Shown here piece after piece: positions 22,736 to 33,690 of a stretch of 41,928 nucleotides of DNA; position 1 is the stretch's first letter; every line of letters starts with the position of its first letter. The stretch is from Octopus sinensis (taxonomy: Eukaryota), in contig NW_021835234.1 in NCBI RefSeq assembly GCF_006345805.1, forward strand, positions 1 through 41,928, read 5' to 3'. The position numbers and the translations under genes were made by a program. The notes beneath the pieces are model-generated. The model was not told the origin of the DNA, did no database searches, and worked only from the letters and a program-made list of their open reading frames with translations.

Positions 22736-22744
22736 CATTACGAT

Positions 22745-22816
22745 TGGTGTTTGGGTTGGTGTTGGATTAGGGTTAGGGTCAGGGTCGGGGTTAGGTTGGG
22801 GTTAGGGTTAGTGTTA
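22745..22816 (+). repeat. Degenerate interstitial telomeric tract 1 (TTAGGG/TCAGGG/TTGGGG)
   Basis: TTAGGGTTAGGGTCAGGGTCGGGGTTAGGTTGGGGTTAGGGTTAG. Confidence 0.9.
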
Positions 22817-25800
22817 GCCTCGTTCACACATCATGCGTCCATACAAACAAGCCTCATTCACACATCATGCGTCCATACAAACATGCCTCGTTCACACATC
22901 ATGCGTCCATACAAACAAGCCTCGTTCACACATCATGCGTCCACACAAACAAGCCTCGTTCACACGTCATGCGTCCATACACGCCACGTTCACACATAAT
23001 GCGTCCACACAACAAGCCTCGTTCACACATAATGCGTCCACACAAACAAGCCTCGTTCACACATCGTGCGTCCATACACGCCTCGTTCACACATCATGCG
23101 TCCACACAAAGAAGCTTCGTTCACACATCATGCGTCCATTCAAACAAGCCTCGTTCACACATCATGCGTCCATACAAAGAAGCCTCGTTCACACATCATG
23201 CGTCCATACAAAGAAGCCTCGTTCACACATCATTCGTCCATACAAACAGGCCTCGTTCACACATCATGCGTCCATACATACACGCCTCGTTCACACATCA
23301 TGCGTCCACACAAACGAGCCTCGTTCACACATCATGCGTCAATTCAAACAAGCCTCGTTCACACATGCGTCCATTCAAACAAGGCTCGTTCACCCGTCAT
23401 GCGTCCATACAAACAAGCCTCGTTCACACATCATGCGTCCACACAAACAAGCCTCGTTCACACATCATGCGTCCATACATACACGCCTCGTTCACACATC
23501 ATGCGTCCACACAAACAAGCCTCGTTCACACATCGTGCGTCCATTCCAACAAGCCTCGTTCACACATGTGTTCATACAAAGAAGCCTCGTTCACACATCA
23601 TGCGTCTATACAAACAAGCCTCGTTCACACATCATTCGTCCATACAAACAGCCTCGTTCACACATCATGCGTCCATACATACACGCCTCGTTCACACATC
23701 ATGCGTCCACACAAACAAGCCTCCACACATCATGCGTCCACACAAGAAGCCTCGTTCACACATCATGCGTTCATACAAACAAGCACGTTCACCCCGTCAT
23801 GCGTCCATACAACAGGCCTCGTTCACACATCATGCGTCCATACAAACAAGCCTCGTTCACACATCATGCGTCCATACATACACGCCTCGTTCACACATCA
23901 TGCGTCCACACAAACAAGCCTCGTTCACACATCATGTGTCCATTCAAACAAGCCTCGTTCACACATCATGCGTCCAACAACCAAGCCTCGTTCACACTTT
24001 ATGCGTTCATACAAACAAGCCTCGTTCACACACTCATCATGCGTTCATGCAAACAAGCCTCGTTCACCGCCATGCGTTCATACAAACAAGGCTCGTTCAC
24101 CCGTCATGCGTCCATACAAACAAGCCTGGTTCATACATCATGCGTCCACACAAACAAGCCTCGTTCACACATCATGCGTCCACACAAACAAGCCTCGTTC
24201 ACACATCATGCGTCCATACACGCCTCGTTCACACATCATGCGTCCACACAAAGAAGACTCGTTCCCACATCATGCGTTCATACAAACAGGCCTCGTTCAC
24301 ACATCATGCGTCCACACAAACAAGCCTCGTTCACACATCATGCGTCCATACAAACAAGCCTCGTTCACACATCATGCGTTCATACAAACAAGCCTCGTTC
24401 ACACATCTTGCGTTCATACAAACAAGCCTCGTTCACACATAATGCGTTCATACATACACGCCTCGTTCACACATCATGCGTCCATACAAACAAGCCTCGT
24501 TCACACATCATGCGTCCATACAAACAAGCCTCGTTCACACATCATGCGTTCATACAAACAAGCCTCGTTCACACATCATGCGTCCATACAAACAAGCCTC
24601 GTTCACCCGTCATGCGTCCATACAAACAAGCCTCGTTCACACATCATGCGTCCATACAAATATGCCACGTTCACACATCATGCGTCCATACACGCCTCGT
24701 TCACACCTCATGCGTCCATATACACAAGCCTCGGTCACACATCATACGTCCATACACGCCTCGTTCACACATCATGCGTCCACACAAAGAAGCCTCGTTC
24801 ACACATCATGCGTACATTCAAACAAGCATCGTTCACATATCATGCGTCCACACATAGAAGCCTCCTTCACACATCATGCGTCCATAGAAAGAAGCCTCGT
24901 TCACACATCATGCGTCCATACACACAAGCCTCGTTCACACATCATGCGCCCATACACGCCTCGTTCACACACGCTTCCACACAAAGAAGCTTCGTTCATA
25001 CATCATGCGTCCATTCAAACAAGCCTCGTTCACACATCATGCGTTCATACAAACAAGGCTCGTTCACCCGTCATGCGTCCATACAAATATGCCTCGTTCA
25101 CACATCATGCGTTCATACAAACAAGCCTCGTTCACACATCATGCGTCCATACAAACAAGCCTCGTTCACACATCATGCGTCCATACATACACGCCTTGTT
25201 CACACATCATGCGTTCATACAAATAAGCCTCGTTCACACATCATGCGTCCATTCAAACAAGCCTCGTTCACCGTCATGCGTTCATACAAACAAGCCTCGT
25301 TCACACATCATGCGTCCATACAAACAAGCCTCGTTCACACATCATGCGTCCATACATACACGCCTCGTTCACACATCATGCGTTCATACAAACAAGCCTC
25401 GTTCACACATCATGCGTCCATACAAACAAGCCTCGTTCACCGTCATGCGTCCATACAAACAAGCCTCGTTCACCCGTCATGCGTTCATACAAACAGGCCT
25501 CGTTCACCCGTCATGTGTTCATATAAACAGGCCTCGTTCACACATCATGCGTCCATACAAACAAGCCTCGTTCACACATCATGCGTTCATACAAACAAGC
25601 CTCGTTCACCCGTCATGTGTTCATACAAACAAGCCTCGTTCACACATCATGCGTTCATACAAACAAGCCTCGTTCACACATCTTGCGTCCATTCAAACAA
25701 GCCTCGTTCACACATGCGTTCATACAAACAAGGCTCGTTCACCCGTCATGCGTCCATACAAACAAGCCTCGTTCACACATCATGCGTCCATACAAACAAG

Positions 25801-26428
25801 CTTCGTTCACACATCATGCGTCCATACAAACAGGCCTTGTTCACACATCATGCGTTCATACAAACAAGCCTCGTTCACACATCATGCGTCCATACAAACA
25901 AGCCTCGTTCACACATCATGCGTCCATACAAACAAACCTCGTTCACACATCATGCGTCCATACAAACAAGCCTCGTTCACCGTCATGCGTTCATACAAAC
26001 AAGCCTCGTTCACACATGCGTTCATACAAACAAGCCTCGTTCACACATCATGCGTCCATACAAACAAGCCTTGTTCACACATCATGCGTCCATAAAACAA
26101 GCCTCGTTCACCGTCATGCGTTCATACAAACAAGCTCGTTCACACCGTCATGCGTTCATACAAACAAGCCTCGTTCACACATCATGCGTTCATACAAACA
26201 AGCCTCGTTCACACATCATGCGTCATACAAACAAGCCTCGTTCAAACATGCGTTCATACAAACAAGCCTCGTTCACACATCATGCGTCCATACAAACAGG
26301 CCTCGTTCACACATCATGCGTCCATACAAACAAGCCTCGTTCACACATCATGCGTCCACACAAACAGGCCTCGTTCACACATCATGCGTCCATACACACA
26401 AGCCTCGTTCACACATGCGTCCATACAT
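22817..26428 (+). repeat. 34-bp satellite, consensus GCCTCGTTCACACATCATGCGTCCATACAAACAA, ~105-110 copies
   Basis: Period 34 (e.g. CACATCATGC at 22861 and 22895), with 30-32-bp deletion variants. Confidence 0.98.
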
Positions 26429-26440
26429 AGATGTTCATAC

Positions 26441-26828
26441 ATTCAGGGACATGTAATTCAGGGGCAGGTAATTAAGGGGCATGTAATTCAGGGGAAGGTA
26501 ATCCAGGGGCAGGTAATTATGGGGAAGGTAATTGAGGGGCAGGTAACTCAGGGTCAGGTAACTGAGGGGCAGGTAATTCAGGTGCATGTAATTCAGGAGC
26601 AGGTAATTCAGGGGCATGTAATTATGGGGAAGGTAATTCAGGGCAGATAATCCAGGGGCAGGTAAATCAGAGGAATATAATTCAGGGGCAGGTAATCCAG
26701 GGTTACGTAATTCAGGGGCAGGTAATTCAAGTGCATGTAATTCAGGGTCATATAACTCCGGGGCAGGTAATTCAGGTGCATGTAACTCAGGCAGGTAATT
26801 CAGGTGCATGTAACTCAGGGGCAGGTAA
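26441..26828 (+). repeat. 15-bp minisatellite, consensus ATTCAGGGGCAGGTA, ~26 copies
   Basis: Period 15. Gives spurious QGQVI / LNYLP repeat ORFs. Confidence 0.95.
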
Positions 26829-26914
26829 GGGTTGGGTTAGGGGTTGGGGTTGGTTGGGGTTGGGTTTGGGGTTGGGTTAGCGTTAGGGGTTTGGCGTTGG
26901 GTTAGGGTTAGGGT
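26829..26914 (+). repeat. Degenerate interstitial telomeric tract 2
   Basis: GGGTTGGGTTAGGGGTTGGGG...GGGTTAGGGTTAGGGT. Confidence 0.9.
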
Positions 26915-27390
26915 AATATACTCTTTCACTGTGACCATGGTGGAGCACCGCCTTTAGTCAAGCAAATCAACCCCAGGAATTATTCTTTGTATGCCTATTA
27001 CTTAATGTATAGGTCTCTTTTGCAGAACCGATAAGTTACGGGGACGTAATGTTCGATATACTGATTTAGTAGGTATTTATTTATTGTAATAATTTCAATT
27101 ATCATAAATTATGGGCTAGGAAAATACTAGAAACTTTTTTGATAGACCTATCGGGGCTCCTTGAGTGTGTGGGACTTTTTAATTATGTGAGTGTGGGTAT
27201 TTTCATTTCAGTGTTTGTGTGTGAGAGTGTTTTTATTTCTGTGTGCGCGAGTGTGTGAGCGACTGAGTGTTTCTATTTGTTTGTGTGTGTGCGACACTTA
27301 CAACTACAACAAACACTTTGACCATTTGTAAGATACCCACATTTGAGATCACTAAATACTAAATCAAAATGAGTTCAATTTATTGCACCT
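26915..27390 (+). repeat. Partial duplicon piece (SINE tail block to TG block)
   Basis: Matches 2215-2710, 18150-18670 and 29150-29690. Confidence 0.85.
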
Positions 27391-27484
27391 TTATATATAT
27401 ACACACACACACATGTATGTGTTTGTGTATTTATATGTCGTATATAGCGTCGTATATATATATATATATATATCTATATATATT

Positions 27485-27517
<33 letters not shown>

Positions 27518-27570
27518 GTATATATGTATATGTATGTATATATATATATATATACATACAGATATACGTG
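27390..27570. repeat. (TA)n compound microsatellite
   Basis: Direct inspection. Confidence 0.9.
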
Positions 27571-28708
27571 AATATACCAACACACGTATATGTAGTATCT
27601 AAAAGAAAAAAGAAACTGTAAGGGATGGAATGGGAGTTCTTTCCGTTTTATTAAGAAAACTTGCATCTGTATGTGTGATAGTACGTGCGTGCATTCTCGT
27701 GTGCCCTTCGAGGGCGAACATACACAGACACACACACACACACACATTTAAACATATATACGACGAGATTCTATCAGTTTCCTTCCATGAACCCGAAACC
27801 ATGTGGTTCGTAAGCAAACTACTTACAACATAGCCATTCCTACGTCGATATTCATATATACGACGGCTTCTTTCAGTTTTCCTCTACAAACTCTACTCAG
27901 AATACATTGGTCGGCCCTAGGCTATAGTCGAATACACTTGCCGAAGATGCAACGCTGTTGGTTTGAACTCAGCACATTGCGGTTCGTGAGCAATCATTCT
28001 CACAGAAATGCGTGCACAAACAGACACATAATGTCACGGTTTAAAGGTGAACATGTTTAAAACATAAATAGCTACGAGTTTGCGTATATGCATGTCTCTA
28101 TGTGCCTGGGGGCGGGCGTGTTTCCAGAATGTCGCAGTTTTAAGGTCAACACATTTAAAACATAAATAGGTACGAGATTGCGTCTTTGCATGTATCTATA
28201 TTCGTGGGTGCGGACGTGTGAGTGTTTGTGCGTGTGTGAGCACAGTCCACCTATACCCAAGCTGGTTGCATCGTCTCATAAGAACCAGCCGTGAAAGTTC
28301 CGGATCACATTAATGAACTCATTTGCATACAAACAATTAGGGCTCCCCTTGAACTTGTCAGGTTAACAAACAGTAGTGTCTGAATGGGAATTATCTTGCT
28401 TACCTAACAAATGTTTTCGAGTTCAGTCCCACTGGGTGGCATGTTGGGCAAATGTCTTCTACTATAGTCTCGGGCCGACCAAAGCCTTGTGAGTGGATTT
28501 GGGAGACGGAAACTAAAAGAAGACTGTCGTATGTATATATATATATATATGTAGCAGTAAGAGTGGCTATGTAGCTTGCTATCCAAATACGGTGTTTCTG
28601 GTTCAGTCCAACTACGTGGCCCCATTGGCAAGTGTCTTCCAATATAGCCTCAGACAGACCAACGTTTCTGAGTAGATTTGGTACACGGAAACAGAAAGTA
28701 GCCCGTGG

Positions 28709-28790
<82 letters not shown>

Positions 28791-31450
28791 CAGGTATATA
28801 TTGACAGATATATGTATATACATATAGATATTTAAACATATTTAAACATATAAGGGATGGCCATAATGGGACATCCGACTCACTAGAGAGGGCAGTTGAA
28901 CTCCAAAAATCGTAAAAGTCTGTCATGTCTGAATAATATATTCGAAAGTTACTTCCTCTTGCTCATTATAATTTATTAAAAGTAATATAATTGTATGTAA
29001 GGAAAGTAACTCTGGAAGATGTTATCTAGTTATCTCCCTTCTGAGAGTTAATTTCTTGCATATTTTTTTATTGTTAAATTATAATATTGAAGGGGAGTAA
29101 CTGTAGAAGATACTTTGTAGTTATCTCCCTTAAGTATGTAGTTATCGTAATATACACTTTGTCGCTCTTAGACTCTCAGTTATTTCACTGTGACCATGGT
29201 GGAGCACTGCCTTTAGTGAAGCAAATCAACCCCAGGAATTATTCCTTGTATGCCTATTACTTAATGTATAGGTCTCTTTTGCAGAACCGATAAGTTACGG
29301 GGACGTAATGTTCGATGTTCTGATTTAGTAGGTATTTATTTACTGTAATAATTTCAATTATCATAAATTAAGGGGTAGGAAAAATACTAGAAACTTTTTT
29401 GATAGACCTATTGGGGCTCCTTGTGTGTGTGGGACTGATTTTATTTATGTGAGTGTGGGTATTTTCATTTCAGTGTGTGTGAGAGTGTTTTTATTTCTGT
29501 GTGCGTGAGTGTGTGAGCGACTGAGTGTTTCTATTTGTTTGTGTGTGCGAGTGTGTGAGCGACTGAGTGTTTCTATTTGTTTGTGTGTGTGCGACACTTA
29601 CAAATGCAGCAAGCACTTTGACCATTTCTAAGATACCCACATTTGAGATCACTAACTACTAAATCAAAATAAGTTCAATTTATTGCACCTTTAGTGACTT
29701 GAGATGTTGCTCATATTTTTCCCATGTGTCGACAATGTATTAAGTTCACAAGTGGATAAAAGAAATTCTCATGCTCGCGTGGAGGGGGCTGATATTCTAA
29801 CTGCGAGTTCAAAGCACCCAATGCCACTTTACATTCTGAATAAATTGTATGTTTGTGCTAGTTAGGGTTAGGGTTTTATGTGTGAGTGTGTAACTGCGTT
29901 TTCATTTCTGTGTGTGGGTGCGTATGTTTGTGTGTGTGTGTGTGTTTGTGCGTATGTTAGTGTGTGAGAGTTTGGATGTGTAACCGTATTTTCCATTTCT
30001 ATTTGTGTGTGTCTGTGTTTGTGCATGTGTAGGTATGTAACTGTTTTCATTTCTGTGTTTGTCCGCGTGTTTGAGTGTGTGAATATGTAGCCGTGTATTT
30101 TCATTTGTGTGTTTGTGCGTATGTGAGTGTTTTTGTGAGAATTTTTTTTCAGTGTTTGTGTGCGTGGGACTTTTTATATGTGTGTGTGTGTTGCTATTTT
30201 CATTTCAATGTTTGTGTTTGTGTGAATGTTTTTATTTTTGTGTGTACGTGTGTGTGAGCGACTGTGTTTTTATTCGTTTGTGTGTGTGCGACAATTACAG
30301 CTACAACAAACACTTTAAGCATCTCCAAGATACCCACATTTGCAGATCCCTAAGTTCTAAATGAAAAGAAGTTAAATTTATTGCACCTTTAGTGACTTCA
30401 GATTTGCGAGTGTTAAGCACCCAATGCCTCCCGTATCTACATACCTGGATTGGCCATAATTGGCCTCATTCGGAGATCTCTCGGGTGTGGAATATTTATA
30501 ACTATAGAAGTTAACTTGTTACAGGTTTTGTTTATGGCTTAACTTTTGTAGATTTTGGGAAGTTCATAGATCTTACTGGCTTTGCAGTGAAATCTAGTCA
30601 AGCAATTTGTCTCCTTTTTTGTTAAATCGTGTTGGAACTGGTGAATAAGAGTAGACAGTTTGGTTATTACCTTCGAACGACTGTAGCTGTTTTACTCCCT
30701 GTATTTTAGCTGTTCGGCAAATGAGAATAAGTTAGAATAAATACTAGGCTTACAAAGAAGTGCTGCGGACGATGTGATGGACTAAAGGCGGCGCTCCAGT
30801 ATTTATATATATACATATATACTTACAGATATACGTGTCTATACCCACATACGCATATATACTATATAAAACAAAAAAGAAATTTGATTATGTCATTATT
30901 ACTTTATTACAGATATTACAACATGAAACGTATTATATGACGTTAGGGAAGTAACTCTAGGAGATATTTTTTGCTATCTCCCTAGTGAAGAGGTCATGGA
31001 CTTTTCTCGTTATTTACTCTTTTACTCTCATTTACTTGTTTCAGTCATGTGACTGTGGCCACGTTGGAGCACGACCTTTAGTCGAGCATATCGACCCAGG
31101 ACTTATTCATTGTAGGCCTAGTCTCTTTCGCTGAACCTCTAAGTTATGGGGACGTTGACAGACTAGCATCCGTTGTGTAGCAATGTTTGGGGACAAACAG
31201 ACATACGCACACACACATACACACGTGCACATATATATAAACATATATATGACTGCATTTTTCCAGTTTCCTTCCACCATATCCAATCACAAGGCTTTGG
31301 TCGGCTCGGGGCTATAGTAGATTTTTCAAAAGATGCTGGTGTGTTTTCCTCCCTGTATTTCAGCGGTTCGGCAGAAAAGAATAAGTTAGAATGAATACTA
31401 GGCTTAGAAAGAATAAGTGCTGCTGACGATGTGCTCGAAGAAGATAGATT

Positions 31451-31490
<40 letters not shown>

Positions 31491-33172
31491 GAGAGAGACA
31501 GATCTATATATATAGAGAGAGAAACATGTATATACATATAGATATTTATATTTATGTATATGTGTGTATGTTTCGGTGTCCCTAAAACCGGTTGACAACC
31601 GATGCCGGTGTTTTTTACACTCCATTAACTTATCCGTTCGGGAAAAGAAGACCAACAGAATATATACTAGACTGACGTAAACAAAAGTCCTAGTGTCGAT
31701 TTGCTGAAGAAAAGGATGTGCATGGGCACAGTGAAATGACTAAACCAGGATAAGAGTAAAAGTAAATGTAAGGGAAGTAACTGCAAGATTTTGTAGTTAT
31801 CTCCCTTTCTAGTAACTCTACAAAGAAAGATAACTCCAAAATCTTTCAGAGTTACCTCCCTCACATATACTGATAATTGTTAAATATACTAGGCAAGAGA
31901 AGTAACTCTAGAAAAGGAGATAATTACAAAATCTTCCAGAGTTACTTCCCTTACATGTATCTGTTTGTGTACGTAAAACTGTTTTTATTTGTGTGTGTGT
32001 GTGTCGGTAGTTTCATTTCAGTGTTTGTGTTTGTGTGATTGTTTTTATTTCTGTGTGTATGTTTGTGGGAGCCTATGTGCGGTTTTTTTCGCTTGTGTGT
32101 GTGCGACAATTACAGCTACAACAAACACTTTGAGCATCTCCAAGATACCCACATTTGCAGATCACTAGCTTCTAAATGAAAAGAAGTTCAATTTATTGCG
32201 ACTTCAGATTTGCGATTGTTAAGCACCCAATGCTCCCTGTATCTACATACCTAGTACTGACTTTGCAGTGAAATCTAGTCAAGCAATTTGTCTCTTTTTT
32301 TGTTAAATCGTGTTGGAACTGGTGGATAAGCCTAGACAGTTTGGTCATTATATTCGATTGACTGTAGTTGTTCATGTTTTAACCGATGTTTTACTCCCTG
32401 TATTTTAGCGGTTCGGCAAAAGAGAACAAGTTAGAATAAATACTATGCTTACAACAAATAAGTGCTGCGGACGATGTTCTCGACTAAAGGCGGCGCTCCA
32501 GTATTTATATATATATATATATTTACATAGATATACGTGTATATACCCACATACGCATATAAAACAAAAAAGAAACTTTGATTATGTCATTATTACTTTA
32601 TTACAGATATTACAACATGAAACGTATTATATGACGTTAGGGAAGTAACTCTAGGAGATATTTTCTGCTATCTCCCTAGTGAACAGGTCATAGACTTTTC
32701 TCGTTATTTACTCTTTTACTCTCATTTACTTGTTTCAGTCATTTGACTGTGGGCATGTTGCAGCACCACCTTCAGCCGAGCATATCGACCCCAGGACTTA
32801 TTCTTTGTAGGCCTAGTACTTATTTTTTCAGTCTCTTTCGCTGAACCTCTAAGTTATGGGGAGGTAAACAGACTAGCATCCATTGTGTAGCAATGTTTGG
32901 GGACAAAGACACACGCACACATATATAAACATATATATGACTGGAGTTTTCCAGATTCCTTCCACCATATCCAATCACAAGGCTTTGGTTGGCTCGGGGC
33001 TATAGTAGATTTTTCAAACGATGCTGGTGTGTTTTCCTCCCTGTATTTCAGCGGCTCGGCAGAAAAGAATAAGTTAGAATAAATACTAGGCTTAGAAAGA
33101 ATAAGTGCTGCTGACGATGTGCTCGAAGGTAGATTGGTATATATAATATATATATTTATAAAGATATATCAG

Positions 33173-33203
<31 letters not shown>

Positions 33204-33365
33204 CATGTATATACATATAGACATTTATATATATGTATATGTGTGTATATTTCTGTGTCTCCAAAACCGCTTGACAACAAATGCCGGTGTTTTTTACACT
33301 CCATTAACTTATCCGTTCGGGAAAAGAAGACCAACAGAATTAATACTAGACTGACGTAGATAAGA
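27570..33365 (+). repeat. Large duplicon copy Y, with internal tandem re-duplication (~30290-31690 vs ~32100-33365)
   Basis: Collinear with 16780-22744. Near-identical spurious ORFs at 19961, 31173 and 32897 mark three copies of one segment. Confidence 0.9.
28392..28710 (+). mobile_element. Two tandem SINE 5' halves
   Basis: Same pair as 1510-1835 and 13156-13508. Confidence 0.85.
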
Positions 33366-33690
33366 GTTAGGGTTAGGGTTGGGTTAGGGTTAGGGTTGGG
33401 GTTGGGTTAGGGTTAGGGTTAGGTTGGTTAGGGTTAGGGTTAGGGTTAGGGTTAGGGTTTGGGGTTGGGTTAGGGTTGGGGTTGGGTTAGGGTTAGGGTT
33501 GGTTAGGTTAGGGTTAGGGTTAGGGTTGGTTAGGTTAGGGTTTGGGTTGGGGTTAGGGTTAGGGTTGGGGTTGGGTTAGGGTTGGGTTAGGGTCAGGGTT
33601 AGGGTTAGGGTTAGGGTTAGGGTTGGGGTTGGGTTAGGGTCAGGGTAGGGTTAGGGTTGGGGTTGGGGTTAGGGTTGGGTTAGGGTTAGG
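33366..33690 (+). repeat. Interstitial telomeric tract 3, ~55 hexamer equivalents of TTAGGG with TTGGGG/TTGGG/TCAGGG/TTAGG variants
   Basis: Direct inspection. G-rich strand is plus, as in tracts 1 and 2. Confidence 0.98.

Larger units (their letters stand above)
16780..22744 (+). repeat. Large duplicon copy X (contains the CR1-group LINE insertion)
   Basis: Collinear anchors with copy Y: GAAACTGTAAGGG 16858/27612, CATTAATGAAC 17449/28308, TAGTTAGGGTTAGGG 18842/29859, GATGTGCTCGAAG ~20240/~31430. Confidence 0.9.

Noticed and set aside
22833-26456. Very long ORFs (up to 1187 aa) in all three plus frames
   Set aside because: The 34-bp unit contains no TAA/TAG/TGA on the plus strand, and its period cycles through frames. 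All frames are open with the same peptide, there is no frame preservation of indels, and no splice or gene context.
26150-26809. QGQVI / LNYLP pentapeptide-repeat ORFs
   Set aside because: Translation of the 15-bp minisatellite, which is open on both strands, between a satellite and a telomeric tract.
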